A DNA stretch of 64,000 nt from the human T2T-CHM13v2.0 reference genome, Homo sapiens. The notes beneath the pieces were generated by a model that searched no databases, had not been told where the DNA came from, and worked only from the letters and a program-made list of their open reading frames with translations. The position numbers and the translations under genes are program-made. This document shows positions 27,246 to 42,378 of this stretch, in pieces. Every line of letters starts with the position of its first letter. Position 1 is the first letter of the stretch. Location: NCBI RefSeq assembly GCF_009914755.1, contig NC_060937.1; one strand, given 5' to 3'.

Positions 27246-30200
27246 TACAAAATTTTCTTCAAAGAAAATTGAGCATGGGAGAGACTAAAACATCATTTAA
27301 ACTCGTGAAAAAAACAATCTCATTTCTGGTAGAAAGAATGTCAGGGCACATTTACTGCAGGAATTCTTTATCTAAGCCTTCACAGACTGAGACTGAGCAG
27401 AATAAAATAATATAAGGATAAGTCTAAATTTATAGCACTTTTTATTCACCAAATAAAACAGAATTTGGTTGGAGAAATTGACTCTTTGGATTTGAATTGT
27501 TAAGTGGATTTAAAAGTAAGATGTAATTTCTCCCTGAATAAACACACACATGCAAATCTTTTAGTTACAAAAGATTTACACTAAAATATGGGACATCTTT
27601 GTGTTTGTGATTTTTTACATAACTTTATACGTTCGATGTCATTGTAGAACCTTTGATTCATGGTGGACTATTATAGTCGAATGTGTTTCGGGTTGGACAA
27701 TTGAATAGTGAATTAAATGCCAGCCTTGGCAGCCAAATAGCCTTAGGGTAAAGTTTTTAAATTAACTCATGACCATGTTTGGTTTGTCTCTTATGTAAAA
27801 TTCTACACTGCAAATCAGGGATCCCAAGAGGCTACATAAAAGAACAATAAGAGTTAATGGGGGATGGAGAACTATAAAACTGCGGATTTTCTCCTCTGGG
27901 ATATACACTTGTACTCCTAATTCCTGTATCTGTTTCCTCATATGTCCCTTGCTGTAAAATAGTGGCTTTATTGATTGATAAATTTGGGAAAGATAAACTA
28001 TGTAAGTCTGATTCTTTCTCTCTTTTCTTGGCTACAGGCTGAAAGAACAAGCACATTTTCAGTTTGTCTTACATATTTTTCACAAAGGGCAGGTCACCAC
28101 GAGGTACATGGGTTTGCAATTGTGTTACACTGGCTGCATTTGGGAGAATTTGTCTACCAGGGGCAGATATTTAGGTCTTGGCACCCCAGTTGCGTTCACA
28201 TATAAGCCACATATCAATAATGTAATACAGTACTGTGGTCTCTATTTGAGAACTTTAGGCCTTATTTTTATATTAGTTCAGACTTCAGGAGATAAAAGAA
28301 AACGCTGTAAGTTTGATCTATGCTTATATATACACAGAAGTAATTAAGTCTCTTTAATTTATTATGTGTTTAGGCCATAATCGCTTTTCAAATACATTAA
28401 AGTTTAAATATCTACTTTTATATTTCTAGAAATGTAATTCATGAACATAGTGTAAAATATGAACAGTACTATTACACATAAAAATATATAAAATAAATTT
28501 TTACAAGTTTGCTGTCATATCTTTGAAATGTTTTTAGTAATCTACTAGGCTAAAACACACCTTTTAAAAATACCACTTATATTTCATACCAAATAATATG
28601 CTTAAACTTTATAATCCTCACATTAGAACTTTACAAATCTCTTAATTTGAATCTTGACTCTTAAGGTGATATCAATTTTATGGTAAAATATTTGAAACTA
28701 TGGTAAACTACAATGTGTTATGTAATTTTTTGTCATTAACAAAAATATTAGACACATTAACCTTTGAGACAATATAAGTCTTAAACAGTTCCTGGTGTAG
28801 GAGCAGTCAGTGACATTTCAAGTTTTTTAGCTGTTGTTACTGATAGCCTGCTAAAGTAGTTAGTTTTTAAGTAACAGAAAGAAATAGTGCTTCCAGCATC
28901 ATAAAGACATATCTTAGGACAGTGCTTTTTTTTATACTTTGTTACTTTCAATGCTCATGGACTAAAGACCATGAATACCAACAAAGCAATTCCACCTACT
29001 TCATTAGGTCTCCAAGGAAGAAAGCAGTTTAAACATCTACAACTGGCTATAACTCAAATTCCAGTCTTTTGTGTTTTCTCATTCATATTAAAAGTTTCCT
29101 TCATATTCAGAGAGATCACCACATCACCTGAATTTTTTGGATTCAATTATATGTTCTCTGTTAAATTTGGGATGACAATACATCTACAACTCTGGTTCCA
29201 AATTAAAATTCTGATACTATAGAAATGAATTAGACCTTGTATAAACTAGGTTTCTGTGCAACAGGAAGAATTTTTATAAAGGAAAAAAGAAAATTTACCA
29301 AAATGTCAATTGCTTTGAAGAATTTCATATGTGATTTACTGAACTCAGGCAAACAACCTACAGTTCATAGTGAGAGAGAATAATAGCTAATGAAGGGAGA
29401 AAAAATGAGACAGAAAAATCATACTTTTAAGAAGGTAGCAGAAAATAAAAGATGACTGCAAAGAGCCTTGGTGTTTAGTTTCAGGCCTTGAGGATGAGAA
29501 TAAATGTTTTTCCTAATATGCCATCTAATTTTTTGGCTCAGACATTTTCTCCTAACATTTTTTTTTCTGGTCCTAAAACAGAATAAAATAATCCCCTACA
29601 CATCAAAATAACATAATTCTGTGCTCTTTATATTATTAAAATGCTCAATAAGAGTTGCATCAATATTGTTTGAGAAGAAATTTGAATTCACAGAAGGTTG
29701 ATATGGGATTGTCATAATACCAAGTAATTAGCACTAATGAGAATAATAGAAAGGGTATAGTTAAGAGGAAAAGATAATATCTGGAAACAAAATTTCAAGG
29801 AACCATCCCAACCACCTGTGGCATTCCCCCACTGCCCTGACTATAAGTGGATCTTTCATAGTGTAAGAAGTGTACAGAAACTGTGGCAAAGAAAGTACAG
29901 ATTTCTCAGAGAAAGTCTTTAAGATTTACCATTGGCTCATGGTAAGTAGAAACAAGAAAGAAAGAAAAAGATAAGAATAATTTTCTCTAGAGAGTCATGC
30001 TGTGTGTTAGTACTATGATTCTTCAGTTAAGTCTTGTTTTTTTTCACAATTACAATAAAATGTTTTATCCTTGTGACTGTAAATACTTTTGACAATACAT
30101 GTGCATTTAATTTTTTCTATATATTAATTTTTCAGAGTTATAGCTGAACACATTTGAATATTTTAATCATTTTCTCTTTGTACCATGATATTGGCATATA

Positions 30201-31484
30201 CTATAATCAACTATAAAATTATAAAATGTTCCTCTTAAAATCTTAGTGACTGTTTTTTATGAGGCAAAAGATATATGGCAGGTATGATTATTTCAGAGCC
30301 ATCTAATCCTAAAGGGCTATAGTCAAGATAGTTAATAATTGTTAGTTTCATATTAGAAATACTAACCATAAATGTTCACTACCAATTCTACAGACTGTTA
30401 GAATATATTATTGAAAATAAAGCAAATGCATTCTGTTGTTACAAGCCTCATAACATTAAATCTGCACAATAAAGTAATAAAGTTCTTCTAACATTATACA
30501 GACATTGTCATCCCTTACAAATAATTGCCTCTGCAAGCCTTCTCAGTAATCTTGATACCACTATACAGCATGAGTAAGGGTCAGAATCCTAATAAAAATA
30601 GGATCAGAATTAAGACATCACTTACATTTGGCAGGACGAGTGTAAAATCATGATGATATATCTATGTGGAGCCCTTACATAAGCAGTTGAGGACAAATTC
30701 ACCTAATTGGAAGCAAATACTAGAGATTAATATAGATTTAGGAGTTGGGAGTCTAAGACATAAATATATTATTATCATTTCATAGTTGATAGACAGAAAG
30801 TGAGTAACTCTAGTGGGCCCTGATTAATTCCTACAGAAGACTGCTGAACTCCATACGGTGGACTTGATCAGCAAAAAAAGGGAAATATTACGTCAGGTGG
30901 GTAAGAAAGATAAAATGTTACAAAATAAGAAGGAGATGGGGGAAATTTAAAAACACTGTTTTAGAAAACAAATCTTTAATATCAAATTCAATTTTCAGTA
31001 TATTAAGAGGGGAATAAAATAAATATCTATTAAACAATAACATAAAATAGAGCTATGATTTATAGGAGCAACACCTTATACTGTGTTACATATATTTTGT
31101 TACCTCATAACAACTCTATGAAGCTCTTTATTACTCAAATAATAATACTAAGTTTTGCCAATTTTTTTGGCAAATATTGGTTTGTTTTAAAAGATGTTAT
31201 CACTGAAAAATTATTAATCTATATAACTATCTTTTTATATGATATCCTATATGTATGTATGTGTGTAATTGACTCAAATAGGTGTTACTGAAACTATCTT
31301 CAGTTTGTCAAAGGTGCTTTCTTTTTTGTGACCTTCGGCAAGGCAAATTTTTTTATTATATAAATAATGATATATTATTTTGTATGCATTATATTTATAT
31401 AATATACAATTTATATATTGATAAAATAAATAAGGTTTTTTTGCCTTACATAAGATCACAAAAGAAGAAAAAACTGTTAACAAA

Positions 31485-31885
31485 TATATTTCCATAGCTT
31501 TTGGGCTCCAAGTGGTTTTGGGTCACATGAATGAATTGAACAGGGTTAAGTCTGAGGTTTCAGTGCGGCTTTCACCCAAGTAGCGTACATTGAACCCAAC
31601 ATTTAGTTTTTTAACCCTCACTTTTCTCTCATCCTTCCCCCTTTGAATCTCCAAAGTTCATTATATCACACTGTCTGTCTTTTCGTTCCTGTAGCTTAGC
31701 TCCCACTTATAAGAGAATATATGGTTTTCCATTCTTGAGTTTACTTCACTTAGAAATGTGGCCTCCAGCTCCATCCAAGTTATTGCAAAAGACACTATTC
31801 CATTCTTTTATCATCTTAGTAGTTTTGATGGTGTATGTATACCACATTTTCTTTATCCATTCATGATTGGTAGACACTTAGATTG
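31485..31885 (-). mobile_element. L1PB 3' fragment
   Basis: Reads atagcttttggg...agtggttttgggtcacatgaatgaattg...tagcttagctcccacttataag...ggcctccagctccatccaagtt. Confidence 0.85.
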
Positions 31886-33361
31886 ACACTTAGTATTCAT
31901 ATAAATTATTTTCTGAACATTTTCTTTTGACAAGTTTGCCTATAATTTGTGAATTTTGGATATTAAAATGGTGATTTTCAGCATCAATAAAATAGGTAAT
32001 TGAGTACAAATACATCGTGTATTTATATATAAGAGACATCAATAATATGACAAATAAATTTATTTCATATGTTTTAGTGATTTTGCAAGGTCCTTTATTT
32101 CCTATTTGTTCTTATTTAGATAACATTTACATAAATACTTCTTAATTTTTAGAATCTTTCTCATATATATCTATATTTAACACACATACAAATACATGTA
32201 TGTGTGTGTAAATCTACCTACCTACCTACCTATCTATCTATCTATCTGGAAAAGATTCTAAGAATTAAGACAAATGTCTCATAGTATTTTAATTTTAATA
32301 GATTCAACTGATTACATTAAAAATTCATTAAATTTACCTTTGTACAAGAAATACTCATGTAAAATTTTCTCAGAGGCTTGCTAGCATTGTGTTAGGTTAT
32401 GTTTTCCTATGTCACATTTATTTATTTTCAATAATTTGCTGTGAAGGCTTTGTTAGTCTATTTGTTCTTTACTAATGAGTTTAGGTTTTTTGTTATTTGA
32501 GAAGGTGCTTACGTTGACTTGATTTCTTGTTTTTTTTTTTGTATTTTGTTCTTTGTTTCTTTTTTCTAACTTTGAATATATGTCTTATGTGTTGTATATC
32601 TTCATAGAAAATTCGTTTTTGAAAAACATTTTTGTTCACATTTTAATATTGTTAAGCACATATTTTTAAATAATTTATAGTAAAACGTATGTTCATTTTA
32701 AAAAGTGTGGTGTGTGTGCGTGGATGTGTGGGGGAGGTGGTGATGGTTTTGTTATTTTAAGTAGTATTAAGACTACTTTGGACTGATAAGATTTTATCTA
32801 CAAAAATTCCCATTGATTTTTAAGAATAAATACTAGATGGTAAAATTAACTCAGAGCACTGAGGCAGTCATCAGATTATGTAAATATTTTGTAAATTACA
32901 GAATTCTGTAAATGGCACAACTTTATATATAGAGACACACACAAACACACATATGCATATAGACACACACTACATTTGCTACAATTCAATGCAAATATGT
33001 GTCTTACATTGTCTTTTTCAGAATATCTAGCATTAGGAAATTGAATAAGCTATTCTATCTTGTATTTCTGTTTGGCTAAACGGATTATTTATGTGAGACA
33101 GAAAAATACAATTGCCATTGAGTTTAAATCAATATTCATTAAAATTCTAGTAACTCAATACATGCAGTACTTCAGGAATTTTATACAGATTATATTTAAT
33201 CCTTACCATAACTTTATCGAGCAGTTATTATTAGTTCTCTTTATGCAATCATAAAGTTGAGGGCTTGTGCTATGTAACTTGTTCAATATATTTTATTAAA
33301 CAAATATTTATTAAGCATATAATGGGTGTGTGGTTTAAAATAGCATACGCTAAAGTCTTAA

Positions 33362-33684
<323 letters not shown>

Positions 33685-34769
33685 TTAAGTGACTAATTTC
33701 TAAATGACTAACTCTCCCACAAAATTGTTTATGTAGAATACCCCACCTCTCACTCAGTCTCCTTATACATGCTAGAAATTGTGAACATAAAAATGAATGA
33801 GTTTTTGATCTATAAGAAAATAATATTGGATAAAGAAAAACTATGATTTTAAAAAGAGGATAATTTAAAGATTGTTTAGGCATCTTTTTGGAAACAATTA
33901 ACGTTGAGAGTTTCCTTTGACAATGTCTACCAAAGTTGCATAAACAAAGACCCTAGGTACCATCAATTCTTATCCTATGTTGACATCAAAGAGAAATGCA
34001 AGCATACATTCATGACCAAGGACATGTTCAATGTTATTTATGCCCATGTTCAGAATAGTACCACAACAGGCAAGAACATCTAAAAGTGGATTAATAACAA
34101 TATTAGTGAATAAATATATTGTACAAGCTAATGCTAAAAACAAAAGTATGGGTGAATTGTAAATTTAAAACAAACAAGAATACTTCTGTGTATTAGTCCT
34201 CTAATATAAAGTTCACACATGATCAAAAATACTACATTATGGCCACAGGTGATATCATGGCCTTTATAAGAAAAGGGAGATTGTAATGAAAGAGGAGAAG
34301 TATAAAAGCTTTCTTGGCTGGCATTTAAGTTTTATGTCTTGATATATTTAGTAGGTACATAAATGTGTTTTGATAAATCATGAATATACACATTTAGGTT
34401 TATGTATTTATTTATATACTCAACTAATTATAGTCAAGAGTTATTTAAAAGATTTGAATATTTTATGCTTATCTAAATATTATTGACAGCTGAGCATTGC
34501 AATGCCTTATGTTGACTTGTTCTTCCATTTTGGTTTTCTCTTTTTGTTTGTATGGCTGTGTAATTTTCAATGCATTATTTCTACTCCATTCACAAACTAT
34601 ATTTTCATGATGCTTATATACACTGTGAAATATACAAAACTATATTTGAGGTTCATTCCTACACACCTCAAGTATTATTATAAAATTGTTAAATAAACTA
34701 CAAGTTTTATGTGCCTTTACAATAAATTTATGCATCGGTTTGTTCAAGGGTCTAAAGGTTGGTAGACCT

Positions 34770-35030
34770 TCTACTAGGGTGCAGGTCATCTTGGCCCAGC
34801 TTGGCCTTGATCTTGATTGTGATCCCAAATAATTGGTCTCATTTTTCTGTTTCTTTTGTATTTATATGTTAGAACCAACTGATCTCCAGGGATCTTCTTG
34901 TCATCTAGAATCATAGAATACAAGAGGTCCAGCCAAATTACACAATCACATCGAAAGGCTTTCTTTGCTTTATGTATGCTAATATTCTGCTTGTCAAAGC
35001 AAGTCATGAAGATAATATCAACATCAATGG
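34770..35030 (-). mobile_element. Old MLT1 LTR fragment
   Basis: Reads acaagaggtccagccaaattacacaatcacat...gctaatattctgcttgtcaaagcaagtcatg. Confidence 0.5.
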
Positions 35031-35034
35031 ACAA

Positions 35035-35195
35035 CTTTTTGAGTCATGTGTTGCTGCAAGAGAATATCACATGATGGATAATTTATAAAGAAAAGTTTAT
35101 ATCACGGTTCCGGAGGCTGCGAAGTTCATTGTCAAGGTGTGGGCACCTAGTGAGGGCCTTCTTGCTGTGTCAATCATGACAGATAGTGAGATGAG

Positions 35196-35240
<45 letters not shown>

Positions 35241-35422
35241 GAGAGAGAGAGGGGTATCAAACTCATAGCCTCAAGCCCTTTTTGTAATTGGCATTAACCC
35301 ATTCATGAGAGTGACACCCTCATGACCTAAATACCTCTCAATAGGCCCCACCTCCCAACACTGCTGCATTAGGGATTAAGTTTCCAACAAATGAACTTTG
35401 GGAGACACATTCAATCCTAGCA
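35035..35422 (-). mobile_element. MaLR LTR (MSTC/MSTD-like) containing a (TG)n(AG)n microsatellite at ~35198-35251
   Basis: Reads ataatttataaagaaaag...gtgagggccttcttgctgtgtc...ggccccacctcccaacact...ggagacacattcaatcctagca. Confidence 0.85.
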
Positions 35423-35447
35423 TCTGGGAATAAAAATATTCTCTACC

Positions 35448-35682
35448 TAGGGCCCAAATTAGGACAAAGCCAGTAAGGTAAAGTTGGGTAAGTGCAGGGT
35501 GCAATCTGGTTTTGTTTAGAATTTTGATGTTTTTGTACCATGAATTTATTGCATTAAAGTTGGTTATTTTCAAATATTATAGTAAAATATAATTTAATTA
35601 TTTAGTTTTTTGGTTTCCCTTTACATATTGTCCTGAAAAGAATGGAGGAAACCTCACTTGCTTTACCTTTATCATTGCCCTG
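35448..35682. mobile_element. MER96B-like hAT MITE
   Basis: The termini agggcccaaattaggacaaagccagtaagg and cctcacttgctttacctttatcattgccctg form imperfect inverted repeats. Confidence 0.5.
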
Positions 35683-36283
35683 ATTCTACTTCTTCTGTTG
35701 TGATAGATTATAAAGGCACTTGACAAAGAGGATGAATTAAATAGGATAATGTGATATGAAACATGTACAATTATAATGAAATATATTTATAACAATCTAA
35801 TATATAGTCAAGACAATATAAAATAATCAGTTTTATCAAAAAACTAGAATAATAGATTATGAGCTTTATGTATATCTATAAAGGGTTTCTAAATTTCTGG
35901 TACTCTTTTTTAAAAGATGGTTACACTCATATATGTTTTATAAATATTTTTAACCTTTATAAACTTTTAAACCATATCCATGTGTGTACATGCACATGCA
36001 CATGCACACACATACACACATAAAGACTTTAATGTTCACAAAAAGTTAAATAAAGTGAATGTGGATCATTGTGAGGACCACAACTTCAGGAGTTGATCAG
36101 AAAACTACCAGCATCTTCTCAACATAGCAGCTCATGTCTCTGAGAGCAATTACAGATCCTGGTTGTAAGAGAAATACTTTTACATTATATGCTTTGTAAC
36201 TGCTCTCCTTCACAACTTAGCTATGTATACCTTTGGTGATGTTCACACTTACATATGTAGAATAGAAAATAAACCAGCAGTCC

Positions 36284-36630
36284 TGTTGGAGGCAGCACAA
36301 ATGTTTCTTATGATAGGTGTAATTGAAGCCTGTCAGTAACAATATGAACCTAAAGCAGCTGACCAATCGTTACCTCCTGCTCCTTGCTCTTGTTACCTAA
36401 TAAATAACAAAGGGCTGCAGAAGCTTGATGGGGGGCTGCCTTTGCTCACTAGAAGTAGGGAGCTCTCTTCTTCCCCATGCTAGCCTTTCCTTAAAACAGT
36501 TTCTTTTGTCTTAAGTTTTTATTTCTACATTCATCCTTTTGTTCAGTCTTGTAATGACAGTCTCAAGCAGTAACATTAAGTAACCGCTGTAGTGACTGTC
36601 TCAAGTAGTAGCAGTGGCAAGTCAGCCACA
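36284..36630 (+). mobile_element. ERV solo LTR (tentatively LTR15-like) with a perfect 6-bp TSD
   Basis: TG...CA termini (tgttggaggc...cagccaca). cagtcc occurs at both 36278-36283 and 36631-36636. Internal ccaat and aataaat motifs are present. Confidence 0.8.
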
Positions 36631-38414
36631 CAGTCCTACTGTTTAAATTAAGTGAAAACCTAAAAGAAAATCTGAAAAAAAATATGCATGATTCTTATTC
36701 AGTATTTGAGCTGAGTTTTTCTTTCAGGGGAAATGATTTAGTTTTTATTGAGGCTATAAGAATGGACAAGGTTAGGATTACACTACCACATGTGTTAAAC
36801 ATATAATAAGAAATATCTATGGAAATCCTACAGATTTCTAATTTTGCACAAAAGACAATGTATATACACATATATATTCATGTGCTTTTTTCATATGTGT
36901 AATATATGTGAAACTACATCCAAAATGTATTTGCTCTCTGATCTTTAAAAATTTCCCTCTTCTTTAGGTGCCTAAAATGTGAAGATGACTATGCAATGCA
37001 GACCTGCCTAGGATACTTGGTGTTATGAATTTAGGGTAACTAAGCCAGTTAGGGGACAGATAGGGTTGTTGAAGCCTAAAAATTTTTAAGTCTCTCTAGC
37101 AATAAAGACAAAATCAAATTAGCTAAGAAGACTATAGCTTGATTATTTTAAGTTGTAATTTTCTACTTAGAAGACCTGAAAAACACTAATAATGTAGAAA
37201 TAAAATCTATGTGTGCATACCATAAATGCTGTGATAATCCTTTGAAGGCAGAAGGGATAGTGTGGCAGTGTCAAGGAGGGTTTATCCTATAGCTTGTCCC
37301 AGTGGATTCTAAAAAGCAAAGATGGAAGCATATATCTCACGGTGTATGCAACAGCAATATGCATCTTGGTACCTTCATAAAAGAAGGGATATAAAAGAGC
37401 CCAGTATTTTCTGAAATACAGTTTGAATTGAGGAAAAATTTAAATGAATTTCTACAATAAATTTTTTATTTACCAGGTCCTGAATGCTATGTGTTTTGTT
37501 ATACTACATTTTATTTTTAGACCTTTTATTGAGTAATGTTTATCTTTAAATAAATAGCATTTCCTGTATTTGTCCCGAGATCAACATGACTAGTCCAGCA
37601 AAATCTCAGTTTCTACCTGAATGCTGTAAAAATTCTTCCTTCATATATTGAATATCTCAATGTCCATGTAGTGATCTGGAGGCATCTGAGAAATGAAAAC
37701 AAATGACATTGTTAATTTTTTGTTTTCTTTTTGACAAAATTCTTATACCATTTAAAAAAGATACAGTATAGGATGAAGTTATTCCAGAGGCTTCTATTTT
37801 ATGAGTGAATGAAATTCTGCTACTGAGAAAAATCATATTTATTGTTTCTGGGCATCACCTTAATTCTTTTGTCCCAAGGTTCCTCTGCATCACTGCCTTA
37901 TATATTCAATAAGCTTTATCTTTTTGAGGTTTCCTGTTAGAAGGCAAAGTGTCAGAGAGAAATTTTGCCAATGCTATCGCAAACACTCTGCTTAGTATAG
38001 TCCCAAATCACAGGATTTGTGATATGACTTCCCTGGAATGGTGCACAACTCTAGCATCTAAGAATTCCATATACAGCTGGCTTGTTTGCCCAGGACGCTC
38101 TCTTATGTGTCACAAGATTCATAGGAATGCAAATCTATAAAGTAAACTTCAATTCTAATTTCAGGATTTCTCAAAAATATAAATTTGTTTAAATAATGTA
38201 CTTGCATTCAAATACTGTTTTCTTCAACAATCTTTTATGTGTCGGATACTAGTCTGGGCCCAAGATTTATAAAGGGATTAGTGGCTTGGGTATTAGCTTT
38301 CCAATATTTTCAAATCAAATCCAATTTTAGGTTCCCTGCAACCTTGACTGTGTTACATTCTTCAAGAATTTTCTCAGATATCATCTTCACAGTGATGTCA
38401 ATCATAACCACCTC

Positions 38415-39111
<697 letters not shown>

Positions 39112-39244
39112 ACCTTTTTTAAAGGTATAATCACATTCCTCCCAATTTTCATTAACTTGTTATAATTTATTTTCTGTTGGAACTTATTATTTTGTAGCAT
39201 TGCTATGGTTTTCTTAGTTATTTGATTTTTTAAAAATTGTCTTT

Positions 39245-39362
39245 TGACCTCTGCTAGAATGTTAGCCCAAAGATGTCAAGTGATTTTACTGGTTTTGTTT
39301 GCTTGTATTTGGACAGGGTCTGACCAATGGAAAGTGATCAAGAAATATTTATTGAAGGAACA
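39245..39362 (+). mobile_element. L2 3'-end fragment
   Basis: Reads ctagaatgttagcccaaagatgtcaag...tcaagaaatatttattgaa. Confidence 0.55.
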
Positions 39363-41906
39363 AAGTAATATATTAACTTCCTATATTTTTATCACTTTTC
39401 AGTAATATAGTGGATATTAACTCATTTTTGAGGACAGTATAATAAATAGTAAAAGAGCATCTAATATTAATCACATTTAACCAGAAGTAAGTCATCTGGT
39501 AGACATATGCTCCAAACTGACTACTTCTTACGTGTCTTTCACAAAAGTTAAACATTTCTGTAAACAGAACTTACTTTAAAATAAATCCATTGTTATGAAT
39601 TTCAATATATTAAAACTTGTGTTTGTAAAAGAACAAACCATCATGTGTTTGATTATAATTTGCTTTACGACTAGCATAGAATTACTGCCTTGGGATTCTT
39701 TTTTCTTGAATCCAGCCTTTTCTTGATCAATAGACTTCCCCTTAGAGGGATAATTAGAATACAAGTTGGCATTCATTAGTATTTAGAAGATGAACAACAC
39801 AATGCATTTTATTTTTGTTTGACAATCTGGTATTATTTACTTCAATATGCAAAATATATCCCAGTAACAAATAAATACATGACTATAGTTCCCTGTTTCA
39901 GATTTAACAATGCAAAAAAATCACTCTACTGGGCTTAACACTATATTTAAATGATTTCATAGTTTAACCATAGCATCATACTGTGAGGAAATAAGTACAA
40001 TTTATCCAAACCTGAGTTTCAAGATTAGAATGCAGTTGTTGTGAAAGGAAGGGACGTTACTTGACCACAAAGTGTACATTAAGAACAAATGCTTCTGTTG
40101 TGTTTGAACTGTAATATTTTATATTTAATTTTTAGAAAGTGACTTCTTAATCACTTAAAAATATTGTCTAACCTTTTGACAGGAAAATAAAAAATTGCAC
40201 TTTGTATCAACCCAAAACTTTTTTCCCAGGAAAGTGACAACAGAAAATTCCTTTCAGCATGTTAAATGTAATGATACTACAAATAAATTTCTGAAAGGAT
40301 GAGTAATTATCCACACAAAGTCTGCAAGGTTTAATTGCTAACATACATTGACCTATGGAGAGCATGAAGACACATTGAATAAAATGTTAAAATTGTTGAA
40401 ATTTGTTATTTTTAATTAAAGTTAAATTTAACATTAAAATGTATTAAAGCTTTTGATTTCCTCAATTCTTTTACCAGTAAAAAATTAAAATTTTTAAGTT
40501 TCTTAAAGTAAATTCATGCTATTTTGGTATATAGTTCTATGAGCTTTGATGCATAATTATGTTATTGTAATAATTATATTATTGTAATTGTTACAACAAA
40601 AATTATACAAAATAATTCTAATGCTCCAAAGAATTCTGTCATGCTGTTTCATTGTATTCAAACTTTATTTTATCTTCCAAACCATAGTAACAACTAGTCT
40701 GTTCTAGTTCTGATATTTTTGACTTCTCTCAAATGCTGTAAATATGAAATCAGAGAGTATGTAATATTTTGAGATTGAGTTTGCCCACTTACCATAATTC
40801 ACTGGAGATCCATCCTTGTTACATAAAACATTAGTTCATTTCTCTTTATTGCTGAATGTGAATGCATCACAGTTTATCTCCTGAAAGGCCATTTGGGTTG
40901 TTTTTGTTTTGGGGCAATGTGTTGAATGCTGCTACACATTTGTGTACAGATTTTTGCGTAATTATCAGTTTTTATTTGTCTAGGATAAATACCAGAAGCA
41001 TGATTGTTGGGTCATAATGTATGTGTATGTTTAGCCTTGTAGGAAGCTGCCAAACTGTTTTGCTGTGTGGCTGTCCAATTTGCATCCCTGGCAGCAATGT
41101 TTGAGTAATCCCATTGCTCCCTGGGCCAGCGAACACTTGCTTTTGTCATTATTATTCTTTTTAAAAAAAGTTTTAGCTGTCTCATAGGTGTTTAGTTGTT
41201 TCTCACCATGGTTTTAATGTTCATTTTTCCAGTTACTGGTGATATTCAGCATCTTTTAATATGTTTATTTGTAACTTGTGGATGTTTTTTGGTGAAGTGT
41301 CTATTCACATCATTTGCAAATTTTTATATGATTGTTTTCTTACTACTGAGTTCTGATCATTTTTATGCATTCTGAATACAAATCCTTTGTCTTCTATGTC
41401 ATCTGCAAGTAGTCTCTTTCAGTCTCTTAATTATATCCTTTGCAGAAAAACATTTTTAATTTTAATGAAGTCTAATGTACTTGATATCAGTTCTAAAACA
41501 CTTTGTCTAATCCAAGATCACAAAGCTTTTCTCCTAAGTGTGTTATGATTGTGTTTTATATTTACTTCTGTAACACATTTTGAATTAGTGATTTATATGG
41601 TGTGAAGAGAAGGTTGACTGCTGCTTCTACTACTTCTTCTCCCTTTCCCTCCACCTTCCCCTCCCCACCCTTTCTTTGTCTTTACAAAAAATATGGATAC
41701 ACCCTTGTCCCTAGGCCGTTTGATGAAAGACTATATTTTCTACATTGTTGCTGTTGCATTTTTGTAAAAAATCAGCTAATTTTGTTTGTGTCTGCCTATG
41801 TATGGATTTTCTGTTGTTTCTTTGGTCTTTGTTTCATTGGTCATTCGATTATACTAAACTGGCTTTCTTAATTTAGATTAATAATAACTCTTAAAATCAA
41901 TGGCTA

Positions 41907-42378
41907 TGTGTATTAGTTTGCTGTGGTTGCTATAACACCATACCACAAACTGAGTGGTTGGGTTGAGGTTACAGACATTTATTATCTCACAGTTCTAGGG
42001 ACTAGAAATCTGAAATCAAAATGTCAGCAGGGTTGCTTTCTTATGTGGGCTACGAGGAAAAGATCTGTTCCAGGTTTCTCTCTTTGGCTTGCAGATGACT
42101 GTCTTCTGTTATCTGTTTACATCAGATGACTGTCTTCTGTTATCTGTTTACATCATCTTCCCTCTGTGAATTTCCTCTGTGTCCAAATGTTCTCTTTTTA
42201 TCAGGATGCTGGTCATATTGGTTTAGGGCACAGACTACTCATCTAATGTTAACTTGACCACCTCTATAAAGACTTTGTCTCCAAATAAGATCATATTCTG
42301 ATGTACTGGGAGTTAGGACTCTTAATATTTTGTGAGCTGGGAGAGAAAGTGGGTGGGACACAATACATCCATGACATC
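41907..42378 (-). mobile_element. MLT1B/C LTR
   Basis: Reads tgtattagtttgctgtggttgctataacaccataccacaaactgagtgg...ctccaaataagatcatattctgatgtactgggagttaggact. Confidence 0.88.
42092..42153 (+). repeat. Perfect 31-bp tandem duplication
   Basis: cagatgactgtcttctgttatctgtttacat occurs twice in tandem. Confidence 0.97.
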
